From NCBI GenBank assembly GCA_000182565.2, contig KQ257452.1: DNA of 64,000 nt. One strand, given 5' to 3'. This document shows, piece after piece, positions 24,471 to 34,770 of this stretch. Every line of letters begins with the position of its first letter. The first letter of the stretch is position 1. Source of the stretch: Spizellomyces punctatus DAOM BR117 (lineage: Eukaryota). Both the position numbers and the translations under genes were made by a program. The notes under the pieces were generated by a model, which saw only the letters and a list, made by a program, of their open reading frames with translations, did not search any database and had not been told where the DNA came from.

Positions 24471-25950
24471 GCTATAATTGGAGACAAGAAGTTTCAACCA
24501 AAGGTATGGCAGTAAATCTCTGATATTGTGGCCCTTTGCATACGGACAGGCATCAGTGTACCACATCTTTACAGCAACGCATGAGCAATCGTAAGGAACA
24601 GGTTCTTGGTTCCATATCTTGTGTTGTATGAACCAACCTACAACGGGGATTTTGGTCATATACTGGCGGGGGAGCACCAATGAAGTACGTCCTCACATGT
24701 TAGGGTTCCTAATCCGCGTAGGTCTTTTGTTCCCCAAACAGATACCGACAGAGCGACTCCCTCTACTGGCATGTGCCCCAACTAGTCAGTCATTCATACC
24801 ATGGTCCTGATAACAATGATGACGCTCAATGCTGGTGGGCGACTCGGTTCATCTGGTTAGGGTCCTCAAACATATGGCCACCCTGAACCATCTTGATCGA
24901 TCTACATCCATCTCCTGGTATCCGAGTTCATGTGCGCAAGTAAGAGACAGTATTAGGACCTGAAATGCAAGCGCAGAATGTGTAACTTGGCCTGCACCAG
25001 TGGTAAACCTCCAGTCCCAGGCCGACTGTGGGCATACAGTCTCTGTGCAACTTGTATCGAATGCGTAGATACATAGATTACTGGTACACAAGGTCTGGTA
25101 AAGGCTCCAAAATGGACCGAAGCTGCTTTAGATCCTTGCATCGCCGCTCTCAACTGCATATCCGAGCATCTCATCGTTCCAACTCGTTTGGAACTCGAGC
25201 GGAAGAAGTTGGGGGTTTGCTTGTGCAAGTTGTCACCCCCCCTCCCCAACACCAAATTAAATCGGAACACTCCAAATGGCACAGCCATGCTAAAGGTAAT
25301 TTCACGCTAGAACACCTTCACACTTCATCTGCCCCCAACACCGCATCGGAAGAAAGAGAAAAAGTGGTCCAAATATTTGTCATTGCTGACCGGTACCAGC
25401 CGCCTGGCAAGCTGTAAAAGCGCAAAATACGCCGCTTTCGAAACGCCTGTCCGCAATGAAAAACTCACGGCTCGAAACGCCTCACCGCCAGAGTTTATTT
25501 TTGGCAAGTTGGAAAATGTCGATTTTCTTTCTTGGTTAATGGAACCACTTTCATAAAACGATCGAAACACTTTGCGCTGAGGAGGAGGCGCCGGTCGTCC
25601 AAGGCCTTGTTCAATTTGTCGCCGCTTCTCTGGCAGTCAGGGGTAGAAAAGGCGTTATTAGCTTTTTTGGTTGAGTTTCTTGGCCCGTCCTCCTGGATGC
25701 TCCTGACTCGTCGTGGCCGCTTGCATTTGTCGATGCAGGCCGCCGGCCTCTTTTTGTCGGGTCAATTATGTACACTCTCAAGATTCATCGACTTTATATT
25801 ACTAGAGTTGTTTGCCATTTTTTTTCGTTTATTTCGGCCTTTCAAAGAAAATTATGAGATCTATTTATATGGTCCGCAGGGTCAAGAAAGAGGGCTCTTT
25901 TACATTTTTCATTTAAGATTCTTTGAGCAACTCGGCGAACTTTTGTTCCC

Positions 25951-26721
25951 TTGGCTTTCACCCCTTTGCATACCGGTCCTATTGCCATGCCTTGTCACCT
26001 TCCACTATCACCGTCACCATCACCTCCTCCCTCCCCATCAAGTCCTACCGCACTTCACCACTACACAACCTTCGCTCACCTTGCAACACACATTTATTTA
26101 CGACTGTTTGGCACCATCAATCCACACCGCCTTGAATCATTTGTTCATCATGTACTCTCTCACACCCGACCGACACCAACATGCCTCTTCCTGTCGCTTC
26201 AATACCTCTCTGCATTCGCATACGCACAGCCAAAACACTCTAGCAACGGGTCATCGCTGACCCCGTTGTTCCTCTTCACGTCGGCTCTATCACTTGCCGA
26301 TTCGTTCCTCAATGACTCGCCGCTAACATTGGCCCAATACGAACAAGCAAGCGGGTTGTCACGAATAAAAATTGCGAAAACCCGAACAATGATCTGCGAA
26401 ACACTGGAATGGAGGTTGGCCGTACCAGAGCAAGTCTTTGTCCGCTGGACAGCATTTTTAAAGACATTGATGAGAAGACCGCATGTGATGCATCATAACA
26501 AGGTTACAAGACGGCGAGCGTCCTCTCCCGCCGTGTTGCGACAGGATCGGCCAATGAGCGGCAGAAAGGATGTGGAGCAGTGGGCGAGAGATTTTGTATA
26601 TAAGGGAGTGATGCGTGCTGTTGGCAGCAGTGACCCTAGTGAGAACGCTAATATTATGGACAATTGTCACCAAGATGCGAATGATGTGGACACTGTTAGC
26701 AGTATAGCTGGCGTAATATAG
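25951..26721 (+). CDS. Cyclin-like protein (PHO80/PCL/Clg1-type cyclin box)
   Basis: 'LESFVHHVLSHTRPTPTCLFLSLQYL..LFLFTSALSLADSFLNDSPLT..SGL..ICETLEWRLAV'. The ORF-track start is TTG; true start is probably the ATG at 25987. Confidence 0.8.
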   Translation: MAFTPLHTGPIAMPCHLPLSPSPSPPPSPSSPTALHHYTTFAHLATHIYLRLFGTINPHRLESFVHHVLSHTRPTPTCLFLSLQYLSAFAYAQPKHSSNGSSLTPLFLFTSALSLADSFLNDSPLTLAQYEQASGLSRIKIAKTRTMICETLEWRLAVPEQVFVRWTAFLKTLMRRPHVMHHNKVTRRRASSPAVLRQDRPMSGRKDVEQWARDFVYKGVMRAVGSSDPSENANIMDNCHQDANDVDTVSSIAGVI

Positions 26722-26971
26722 TGTTTCCTAGTGTAGTAATAGTCTAGGTGGTTTGTACAAATGATGGGTACTGGGCGTTCGTAAATATCTAATATACGCC
26801 GTCGAATACATGCCTGGGTGCATGTGAAGCATCAACTTGAACAGAAAGGACCAGAGGCACATTGTCTGACAGAGTTCGCATATAATGGAATGTGTTGATT
26901 CCGCATACGTGAAGATGAATAAAGAAATTGCATTAATCTACAAATGCCAGTGAACGTGCCTATGAAAATGC

Positions 26972-28234
26972 CTATGAGAGAGTCTCGACTGCTGAAATCA
27001 GCGACTGATAATCAAATCCGGCTGGATTCTTATGGAACGTCTCCACCAAATCCTTCTTGGCTTGAGATCCCGTCACATAAAAGATTTGCATCTGGTATAC
27101 CAAGTTTTGCGCTTCCTGCAAAGTGAGGATTTTGCGATCGGGATCGCCAAGCTCACCAACCATGAGGACAATGTCTTTCTCATCTGCGAGCTCGACGTAG
27201 TGTGTCAGGACGAGATGGGGTCGAGCATTTTCTCGGTGCGTCTTGTATTCTAAAGTGTCGGTCCCTTTAGTGCCCATGCGGCTCCACAGGCCAAAACGGT
27301 AAAGCATACCTAATAGAGGTGTAAAGTAGATTTGATGACCGGAAAACTGAAGAAGAAAGAACTCGTAACCTTCGTTACGTGGAAGGGGTAAAAGGAACTG
27401 AATAGACATGGATGAGCTGCTCAATTCAAATGATCTACAAATGATAGCGCCAATCATACCATCGGGAACTTCTTGGCTTGGTCAAGCAGGCTCTGGTAGA
27501 AGCTTGACGGCATAGCACCACTCAAGCATTGTCTTGACGAGTGATACTCGTTCCAAATGTTGGCAATCTGGTCTGACGACTCTTGCTTGAGGCGCTCCAC
27601 ATCCACAATCTTTTCCAAGCTCTGACGATATGAATCCAAGTCGATCAGCTACATGCTAAGACGGTCACGTATCCAAGGCCATTATACCTTGACATGCGAG
27701 GGTAATCCATCAGCGCGAGGAGCTAGCCCCTTGACCGATTTGCCCGTCTTCGTTTCATCTGGCTTGTCATCCTTATTCTCATTGGACGGTTCTGGAGGAG
27801 GTGCAGAGCGCTTTCGCTGGATAAGTTCGTCTACCGATTTAGCCCCTTCGCTTGAGTCTCGGTCAGAAAATGTTTCAAGGTTCTGGGTAGTCAATTCAAA
27901 CCCCACACCTCTGAACCGCTTTCTTGAGCTTGTCCGCATACTTTTTGCGATACTCGTTCGCGACATCATCAGGACTCAATACAGCAGATAGTAGTCCGTC
28001 CCATATCGATCTCAGTGCAGTCGGAGGAGCTTTCGTGGCAGGAGCATTGTGAAGGAGGTGGTGAAATTCTGGGAGGTAGATCATTCTGATCAGTATACGA
28101 AAAGAGCACTATGTGATGGAATTTGTCGTACCAGGAGCGAGAGTAGCAAAAGGTCTCGCCAACGGTCGCCAAAGACCAAAGGACGAGCCCCCTGCATGTG
28201 TCGTTAACCGTAATGAATGCCTGCTGATGGACAT
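26972..28234 (-). CDS. ATP11: Mitochondrial F1 ATPase assembly factor ATP11
   Basis: Presequence-like N-terminus; 'YRKKYADKLKK', 'SLEKIVDVERL..IANIWNEYH', 'KFPM|FLLPLPRNEGYEFFLLQF', 'LTHYVELADEKDIVLMVGE', 'LVETFHKNPAGFDYQSLI'. Confidence 0.93.
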
Positions 28235-28558
28235 GTTTGAAAACTTCAAAATCCTAAAGTCAAATTCCGTCCGAAAGAACTCTAAAGTCATGTGACATGT
28301 CACCCCGCCCAAAAACCAAACCACGTTTTTCCTTTCCGTCTAGACCTTCCTTCTGCCACGGCCACTCCTTCTGTTTTTTAGACTCGATGCTTTTGGTACT
28401 CTTTCATCCCCCCACGTCTTTCTCGCCTTTTGTTTTGGGTTTATTTTCCTACCTTTGTTTATTATTCTTTGTTTTCTCGGGGAATTGGGTTTGGAGCCCA
28501 TAGTCGTGAAAGAGCAGTTTTTAACAATATATCACTGGAGACGGAGACACTGTAAAGG

Positions 28559-30049
28559 ATGCCCGCGGGACGGACACCCAGGGAGAGCATGAGTGCCACC
28601 GAGGATGAAGATGACGACCATGTCTTTGCATTTGACAAGGATGAAACATTCCGACGAAAAGGACCATGCAATGACTCGGCTTGTGAGGACTTGAGTGGAA
28701 TAGACTCTGATGGTATGTGTTCATTAGTGGGCTGTGCTGGCCAGGGCGAATTTTGGGCTGATGTATGGTCGTCTATAGCTTCTTCCAGTACGGTGCGGTG
28801 GCGACCGCCTGTCCCCAATGGTCAATCAAACCTAAACCCAGCCGTCCGCAAGAAGAGCACAACAATTGCCGAAACCCCAAGCAGTATACTACCCTCTTCG
28901 CCCTCTGAGGAAGACACCGCATCAACTTTAGAACCGCGTCTCTCCTTTGCAGAACCTGCCGATGTCTCCCAAGTCGTTGATATTCACAATTTCACAGCAA
29001 TTACGTCTGCAGATACGCCCAACTCTGTTTATCGGCGGAAAGTAGGACTTTCTGACTTTGATGTTGTCAGTGTTATTGGAAAAGGGGCGTACGGAAAGGT
29101 GTTTTTGGTTCGCAAGAAAGGTGGCTTACATGCCACGCAAGGCAAGAGCGATCTCTACGCAATGAAAGTATTGCGAAAGGCTTCGATTGTTCTCCACGGT
29201 AAAGATGCGGAGCACACTCGGAATGAGCGAAATATTTTGGAAGAAGTTCAGCACCCCTTCATTGTCACACTTCACTACGCCTTCCAAACTGAATTCAAGT
29301 TGTACCTGATTTTGAGTTATGCATCGGGAGGCGAACTCTTCACGTACTTGGCCCATGAAAAGATGTTTGCCGAAGATGTAGCGTGCTTTTACATTGCGGA
29401 GCTCTTACTTGCCATCGAGCATCTCCACGAACTCGGTATCATCTACCGAGACCTCAAACCCGAAAATGTTCTCCTCAACTCCACCGGCCACGTCCTGTTG
29501 ACTGATTTCGGGCTCTCTAAAGTTGCGTTGGATGCGCGGACCGTATGCGGCACCATTGAGTTTATGGCACCCGAAGTATTGGACGAGCACCGACAGGAGG
29601 GATACGACAAAGCCGTCGATTATTGGAGTCTGGGCGTGATGTTGTATGATATGTTGACGGGATCTGTGCCATGGAAGGGCAATCGCAAGCAAATCATGGA
29701 CGGAATCTTAAAGAAGAAAGTAACCTGCCCGAAATACATGACTGCCCATGCACGCGATCTTTGCACGAAGCTCCTGCAAAAGAACCCTGGAAAGCGACTC
29801 GGAAGCGGTCCAAAAGGCCCTGCTCAGGCCAAAGAACACCTTTTCTTTCGCCGGAATAAACTAGACTGGCAAAAATTGGCTAAATTGGAAGTTGCTCCGC
29901 CACTTGTGCCCAAAATGTTGGATCCAGAGGATACCTCAAACTTCGATGAGTGCTTTACCAAGATGCCCGTAGCGGATTCGCCTTCTGAAGCTGCGTTTGA
30001 TCATTTTGCAGGATTTAGTTATGTGGCCGAGAGTGCTTATCTCGGATAG
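28559..30049 (+). CDS. AGC Ser/Thr kinase, p70 S6K/Psk1-like
   Basis: GKGAYGKV, YAMKVLRK, IIYRDLKPEN, LTDFGLSK, CGTIEFMAPE, 'DTSNFD..FT' turn motif and hydrophobic motif 'FAGFSYVA'. Probable in-frame intron at 28713-28778; start may be 28589. Confidence 0.95.
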   Translation: MPAGRTPRESMSATEDEDDDHVFAFDKDETFRRKGPCNDSACEDLSGIDSDGMCSLVGCAGQGEFWADVWSSIASSSTVRWRPPVPNGQSNLNPAVRKKSTTIAETPSSILPSSPSEEDTASTLEPRLSFAEPADVSQVVDIHNFTAITSADTPNSVYRRKVGLSDFDVVSVIGKGAYGKVFLVRKKGGLHATQGKSDLYAMKVLRKASIVLHGKDAEHTRNERNILEEVQHPFIVTLHYAFQTEFKLYLILSYASGGELFTYLAHEKMFAEDVACFYIAELLLAIEHLHELGIIYRDLKPENVLLNSTGHVLLTDFGLSKVALDARTVCGTIEFMAPEVLDEHRQEGYDKAVDYWSLGVMLYDMLTGSVPWKGNRKQIMDGILKKKVTCPKYMTAHARDLCTKLLQKNPGKRLGSGPKGPAQAKEHLFFRRNKLDWQKLAKLEVAPPLVPKMLDPEDTSNFDECFTKMPVADSPSEAAFDHFAGFSYVAESAYLG

Positions 30050-31040
30050 TTTGTTTTTGGTGGGCATTCGTTTTTGTTCAGTTGTAAAGGACTGCGAATA
30101 CGCAGTGTACATAAGGTCGTAATCATAATATATTCTCGAATGGATCAATTTGGGACTGATTTTGAGGGGAAATTGGTGCATGGAAATACCTGGAGGTGAC
30201 CGCTCGAAAAGCTCAGCGGCCAGAATCGAAAACTCGCCATTCTTGGCATACCTTGTAAAGTTACGATTTGCCTCACCGAACTTTGTTAGGGAGGACAAAA
30301 GCCCAAAGAGTTAAAAGATCGTCACCGCCCGAATCCCTTACCAAGTTTTTAGGTTTCCCTGATACCTGGGCAATGTACTCCAAATTATGCAAGCCCTCCG
30401 AAAGCCCAGTCGCCTGTGACCTTCTTTATTAGCATCTTTTCCCTGACAAACACACAGCCTATTGTTTCAAATCCCATCGTACAGATATCAATGCTGTGCC
30501 TTTTCCCGCTTGACCAAGCATATCGACCAAGGGTTAAAATCTTTCAAGCACCTTCTTTAGAATCGGGCTCTTAACACTGCTACCAGAGTTAGGAAGCTGC
30601 TGGTTATGACTGCCATGTTTTGGATGGGTTTGCGTGAATTTGGGCTTTTCGTCTGTGTATTCCTCAGTTATGGTATTCCCCAGTTAGGTGTTTGTGAGGA
30701 TTCCATCTACCGTCATATTCGACCCGCGGCTCACCATCTCATCATCTCGTGGAACATTGCAAACAAAGAGCAAGAATATAGATGGTTTGATTATTCGTAA
30801 ACCAATGAGGGTTGGCAGCAAAGTTATATTTGATTTCCATTCAGCGGCACTATTCACATACAAAAACGTATACCAACAGTACAAACTTTGCAACATATAG
30901 TGTCCAGGAAGGTAAAACAAAACTAGCAAAAAAACATTGACACATCCCCTCGCTTTTTGGAGGGACGCAAAATGTGCTCATGCACAACGCAACCATACCA
31001 TGCACCAACCAACAAACTCGAGGGTCGCTACAATTCTTTT

Positions 31041-32953
31041 TTAATTCCCAGTACCTCCACCGTTTGCATTCCCGTTTCCATTTGCATTTCCATTTCCATT
31101 GGTATTCCCATTGCCAGCAGTCAAAACTCTCTTTACAGCCCCCTCAACAGTCTCACCCTTATCCACAAAAAATAATTTCGCTAATCCACTCCCAATTTTT
31201 GCACAACGTCCCAAATTCAGAGCTCGCAACTCCTTCCATCCCAGGCACACATTGACAACTTCCTCTGTTACCCATTCGCATCCCCGCAAATCAATACTCA
31301 CAATCCGGGGACACACTTTGACGAGACGCTCGAGTGCCGTTGTCGGTGTGATTGGAATTCGGGTTAGGTATGGTTGAGGCGTGTATTGAACGGTGGACAG
31401 GTATTCATTTGTCTCCTTTATCAGCGTGTCGGGGAGGATAGGACAGTTGGAGAGAGACACGTGAAGGAGGTTTGGACAGTTTATAGCGAGGGATATTAAG
31501 GATGACGATTGTATTTGCAGTCGGGGAGACTTTTTTATGTCTTTTGCCGGGGTGCTGGGTATTGTGTCGGTTTGGTGAACCCGTAGGTGATGGAGGATAT
31601 GGGGTGGAATTGGTGGATTATGTCCAGGTTGGAAGGCGAGGGTGGAGCCGGGATGGTGGAGATGATGTACAAGAGGGTGTTGATGCACGGCGGTAGGAGG
31701 CTGGTTTAAATAGTTCCAGACAACCGTGTGGTGAGGTGGTGCGGCCGTAGGTGGCTCTGGTGGGACCGTCGTAATTCCTTGTCCATCAGCACTCCCCCCC
31801 ACATGACTCTCCGCATACCCCCACTGGCTACCATTCACCAACATGGTAACTGGCGGTAAAATCGTCGACAGAATATCAGGTTCGTTATCTTCAGAAACAA
31901 TACTATATCCATCATCTTCTACGCCGATCTGGTTGTTGTTTCCAGCTTCCCCTGTCTGAACAATCAGCTCAATGGTGCTCGTAGCCGCCGAGGAATAAAT
32001 TGGAACGACGCGAGACGACCGCGCATTGCTGTTACTGGAATTAGATTTTGTTTCTGGTGAGGATAAATCAATCATCTGGAAAAGCAGCAAGTGTCAACAT
32101 CATATCGCGCATGAGTATACATACAACATAATTGGAAATATAGGGCACTACAGCCGATAGTTACATACCTGAACAAATGTTCCCAGCGGACGAGTATTCT
32201 GATGGCGAATCAACGTTTGAATAAATTGTGCCCAGTTGAAGGTGGACTTGAATTTGGGATATCTAATGCAGGAAGGAAACCATATTTAACACCAGGTTAA
32301 CATTCTGTTCATCTGCAAACAGGGAAAGTCCTTCCCAACTTGCCTGTATAATAAAGGCGTCGCGCAAATGTTGAATGCGCGACAAACAAGCGCAATTCGT
32401 GCCAGGGTGGACTGATCGTGAATGTCTGTGTCAAAAGTCAAAGAGCGTATGAGCCACCCTTCATAACCTACACCACCCCTTTCGCCCTCTACTTTTCTTG
32501 AACACATGCGGAAACTCACAATAAAAGACCATCGAAATCAGTTCATGTGGCAGAGCAGCCACAGGACTCTCAGCCATTCTCTTCAGCTTGGCCTGTGCAG
32601 ACTCTCTTTCTCGGTCGCAAAGCTCCTTCAATAACGGTCTCTCGACGTGCACATGGCCCGGCACGGAATCAATCACTGTCACTTTCTGCTCGCAAACTGT
32701 CAGCATTTTCTTGCTTGGCGAGCAGGGGCGGATGACCTCTTCGGAGGGACGTTTTTTGGGTGTGTGCATGTGATGTCTGAGTGGCCCAATCTCCGTCGTT
32801 GGAGGCAAGTAGAAAAGTGTTGCAAAATGGGTTTTCAAGGTGACTTGTCCTCCACCGATCGTGGAGGTTGGTGAAGTGGTCTCTGCGCACTTTCAACTTC
32901 CTTTGTAAATAGCAGCCTCTGAGCACGTGTACGGCCAAGGATGGCACAGTCAT
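31041..32953 (-). CDS. F-box/LRR-repeat protein (start uncertain)
   Basis: F-box 'LPHELISMVFY..STLARIALVCRAFNICATPLLYR|YPKF'; LRR-like 'CPNLLHVSLSNC', 'CPRIVSIDLRGCEWVT', 'LRALNLGRC'; C-terminal GN repeat. Confidence 0.8.
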
Positions 32954-33239
32954 GGATACTATTGAAGGTCTTTTCTGCTCTTCCTTTTTGTTTTTATTTT
33001 TAAAGGCCTATAACGAAAGCCTACATGCTTCCATCAGAATACCCCACAGTTCAACTCTCCACATCGTTTAATCCCAAAAGACTTGCAGTTGTAAATAATT
33101 GTATTGGACATGACTCAGGACACCAGCTCAGAGCACATCAACGCTTCTCTATCCGATATAATACTCGTTTCTCGACGACAGGACAACACACTAATATATA
33201 CAAGAAATCACCAAAAGTAAGATGTGGGGTCCGTACATT

Positions 33240-34165
33240 TTACTTCATGCAAGGAAAACGTTCAAAAAGGTCTGGAGGAACCGTCCAATCGGCGGGGTCC
33301 CACGGATTGCCGTGACAAACCGCTCGCCGCACTAATTCATCACACAAGGCAGCAAGATCAATGTGTCGACCGTATTTGAGGATTTTCTCGCGAAGAACGA
33401 AACAAGGCATAGTCTCGGCACAGTTTTCAACGGCTGCAGGTGGCTCTAAGGTGGTAGAGAAGGGGTTCTTTGCAGGAGGGCAGCAGCTTTTGATGGGAGG
33501 GCAAGGATCGGGTGTGGGGAGGTGAGATATATGGGCGGTAATGACCGAAGACTCCTCAGCATTGGGTGTTTTGGGATTATCGTCCCATTCTGATTGAATC
33601 GCCGGAAGGAATGTATCCTCGCCTCCCTCTTGAAAGCTTTCGTCCTCTGTATCATCTTCAGTCTGTGTTACGTCCATTGGAACTGGAGAGTAAGTCTTTA
33701 CATTTGCTGGCTCAGCAAATACTTTCTCTTGACGAATGACTGGGCGAGCCTGTAACTCCGCTAATGCCTTTGCCGCAATCATCACGGCGTCGTGCGAGTG
33801 AGCATCCGCCATCTCCTGCGCAACCTCAGGAAGCCACGAGCTAAAGGTAAGAGCCAGAAGCTGTTGTAGCTGCCGGTTCTCTTGACGCAATTGCGCCCGT
33901 TCCTGACCAAGAGACGAGACCTGAGAGCGGAGAGAACGTAATTCGTTCTGGAGCTCAAAGGCCTGCTGTGCGCGTCGCTCTACATGAAGGAAAGCATGAA
34001 TTTCGCGCACATGGTGGAAACCAAACCGAAAAACACGCTACCTCGCAATGCCTTTTGAGCCTGCCTGTTCTTCTCTTTCCTATGCGCAACCATGTCCGTT
34101 ATGAAGGGATTCGGCTTGGCACCTGGCTTCTTGCGCATTGGCCCAACAGAGTCCATATTGGTCAT
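33240..34165 (-). CDS. YAP/AP-1-like bZIP transcription factor with C-terminal cysteine-rich domain
   Basis: 'RKKPGAKP..HRKEKNRQAQKALR|ERRAQQAFELQNEL..' basic region plus zipper (one intron in the basic region); C-terminal 'PCFVLREKI..IDLAALCDELVRRAVCHG' resembles the Yap1/Pap1 c-CRD. Confidence 0.88.
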
Positions 34166-34297
34166 TCGCAAAGACGAAGAGGCGACTGTCCGTCGTTGGC
34201 GCAAGAAGAAAAAAAAAACAAGCTCAAAGGAAGAGCGAGAGCAAAAAGGAACGAGACACCTCTCCCAACACACGTCGCCAAATTTCTTCAAGCAAGG

Positions 34298-34733
34298 GAT
34301 TAGTGTATTGGTTAATACACCAATGTGGATTGAACCACTGGACTGGCGACAACCAGCCCGGAAAAGCTAACTAGCTAACGAACTCCTTACAAGTAACAAA
34401 CTACTACTAGGCCCAATTACACATGCAATACATTACGGTTGTTCTAACCGGGTAACTAGCGCCCACCACCACGAGAGAAATCCTACTCGCCCTTTGATTC
34501 CGAAATTCTTGGAGGATGTTTCAGATACCAAGGTAGATCAGAATTAGACTGGGAATATGCGCGTGGGAAAAATCATCAAGATATACCTGCGATCATAGCG
34601 ATATAGTAGTAGCAGCATTTGCAAGGGGTTATGTTGTATTTGTCGGGCGGACGAGGTCCTCGGCACCAGAGCAGGATTCTCATGATGGACTTGAGAGTTG
34701 AGTGCTGGCAGATGCTTGCGAGTCGAGGGTAAA
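34298..34733 (-). ncRNA. Unclassified structured RNA / micropeptide transcript, copy A
   Basis: Blockwise similarity to 51180-51762; TATA at 34763-34770; covarying hairpins and three-way junction; candidate intron 34549-34586; sORF from ATG 34683 (MRILLWCRGPRPPD...). Ends inferred. Confidence 0.7.
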
Positions 34734-34762
34734 GAAACAAGAGGGAAGAAGAAGAGGGGGGG

Positions 34763-34770
34763 TTTATATA
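34763..34770 (-). promoter_or_regulatory. TATA box of structured-RNA copy A
   Basis: Minus-strand TATATAAA, then a pyrimidine tract and the conserved TTTACCC block ~30 nt downstream, as in copy B. Confidence 0.65.

Noticed and set aside
25532-26260. 242-aa + strand ORF
   Set aside because: TTG start, UTR-like low-complexity sequence, out of frame with the cyclin.
34544-34683. ODC antizyme ORF1 (WC/GPR and YYY resemblance)
   Set aside because: No +1 frameshift site followed by a long antizyme ORF2 in either copy.
34298-34733. Known housekeeping ncRNAs (U3, other snoRNA/snRNA, RNase P/MRP, SRP, telomerase RNA)
   Set aside because: Could not find their diagnostic boxes, conserved regions or a telomeric template shared by both copies; a formal Rfam search is still needed.
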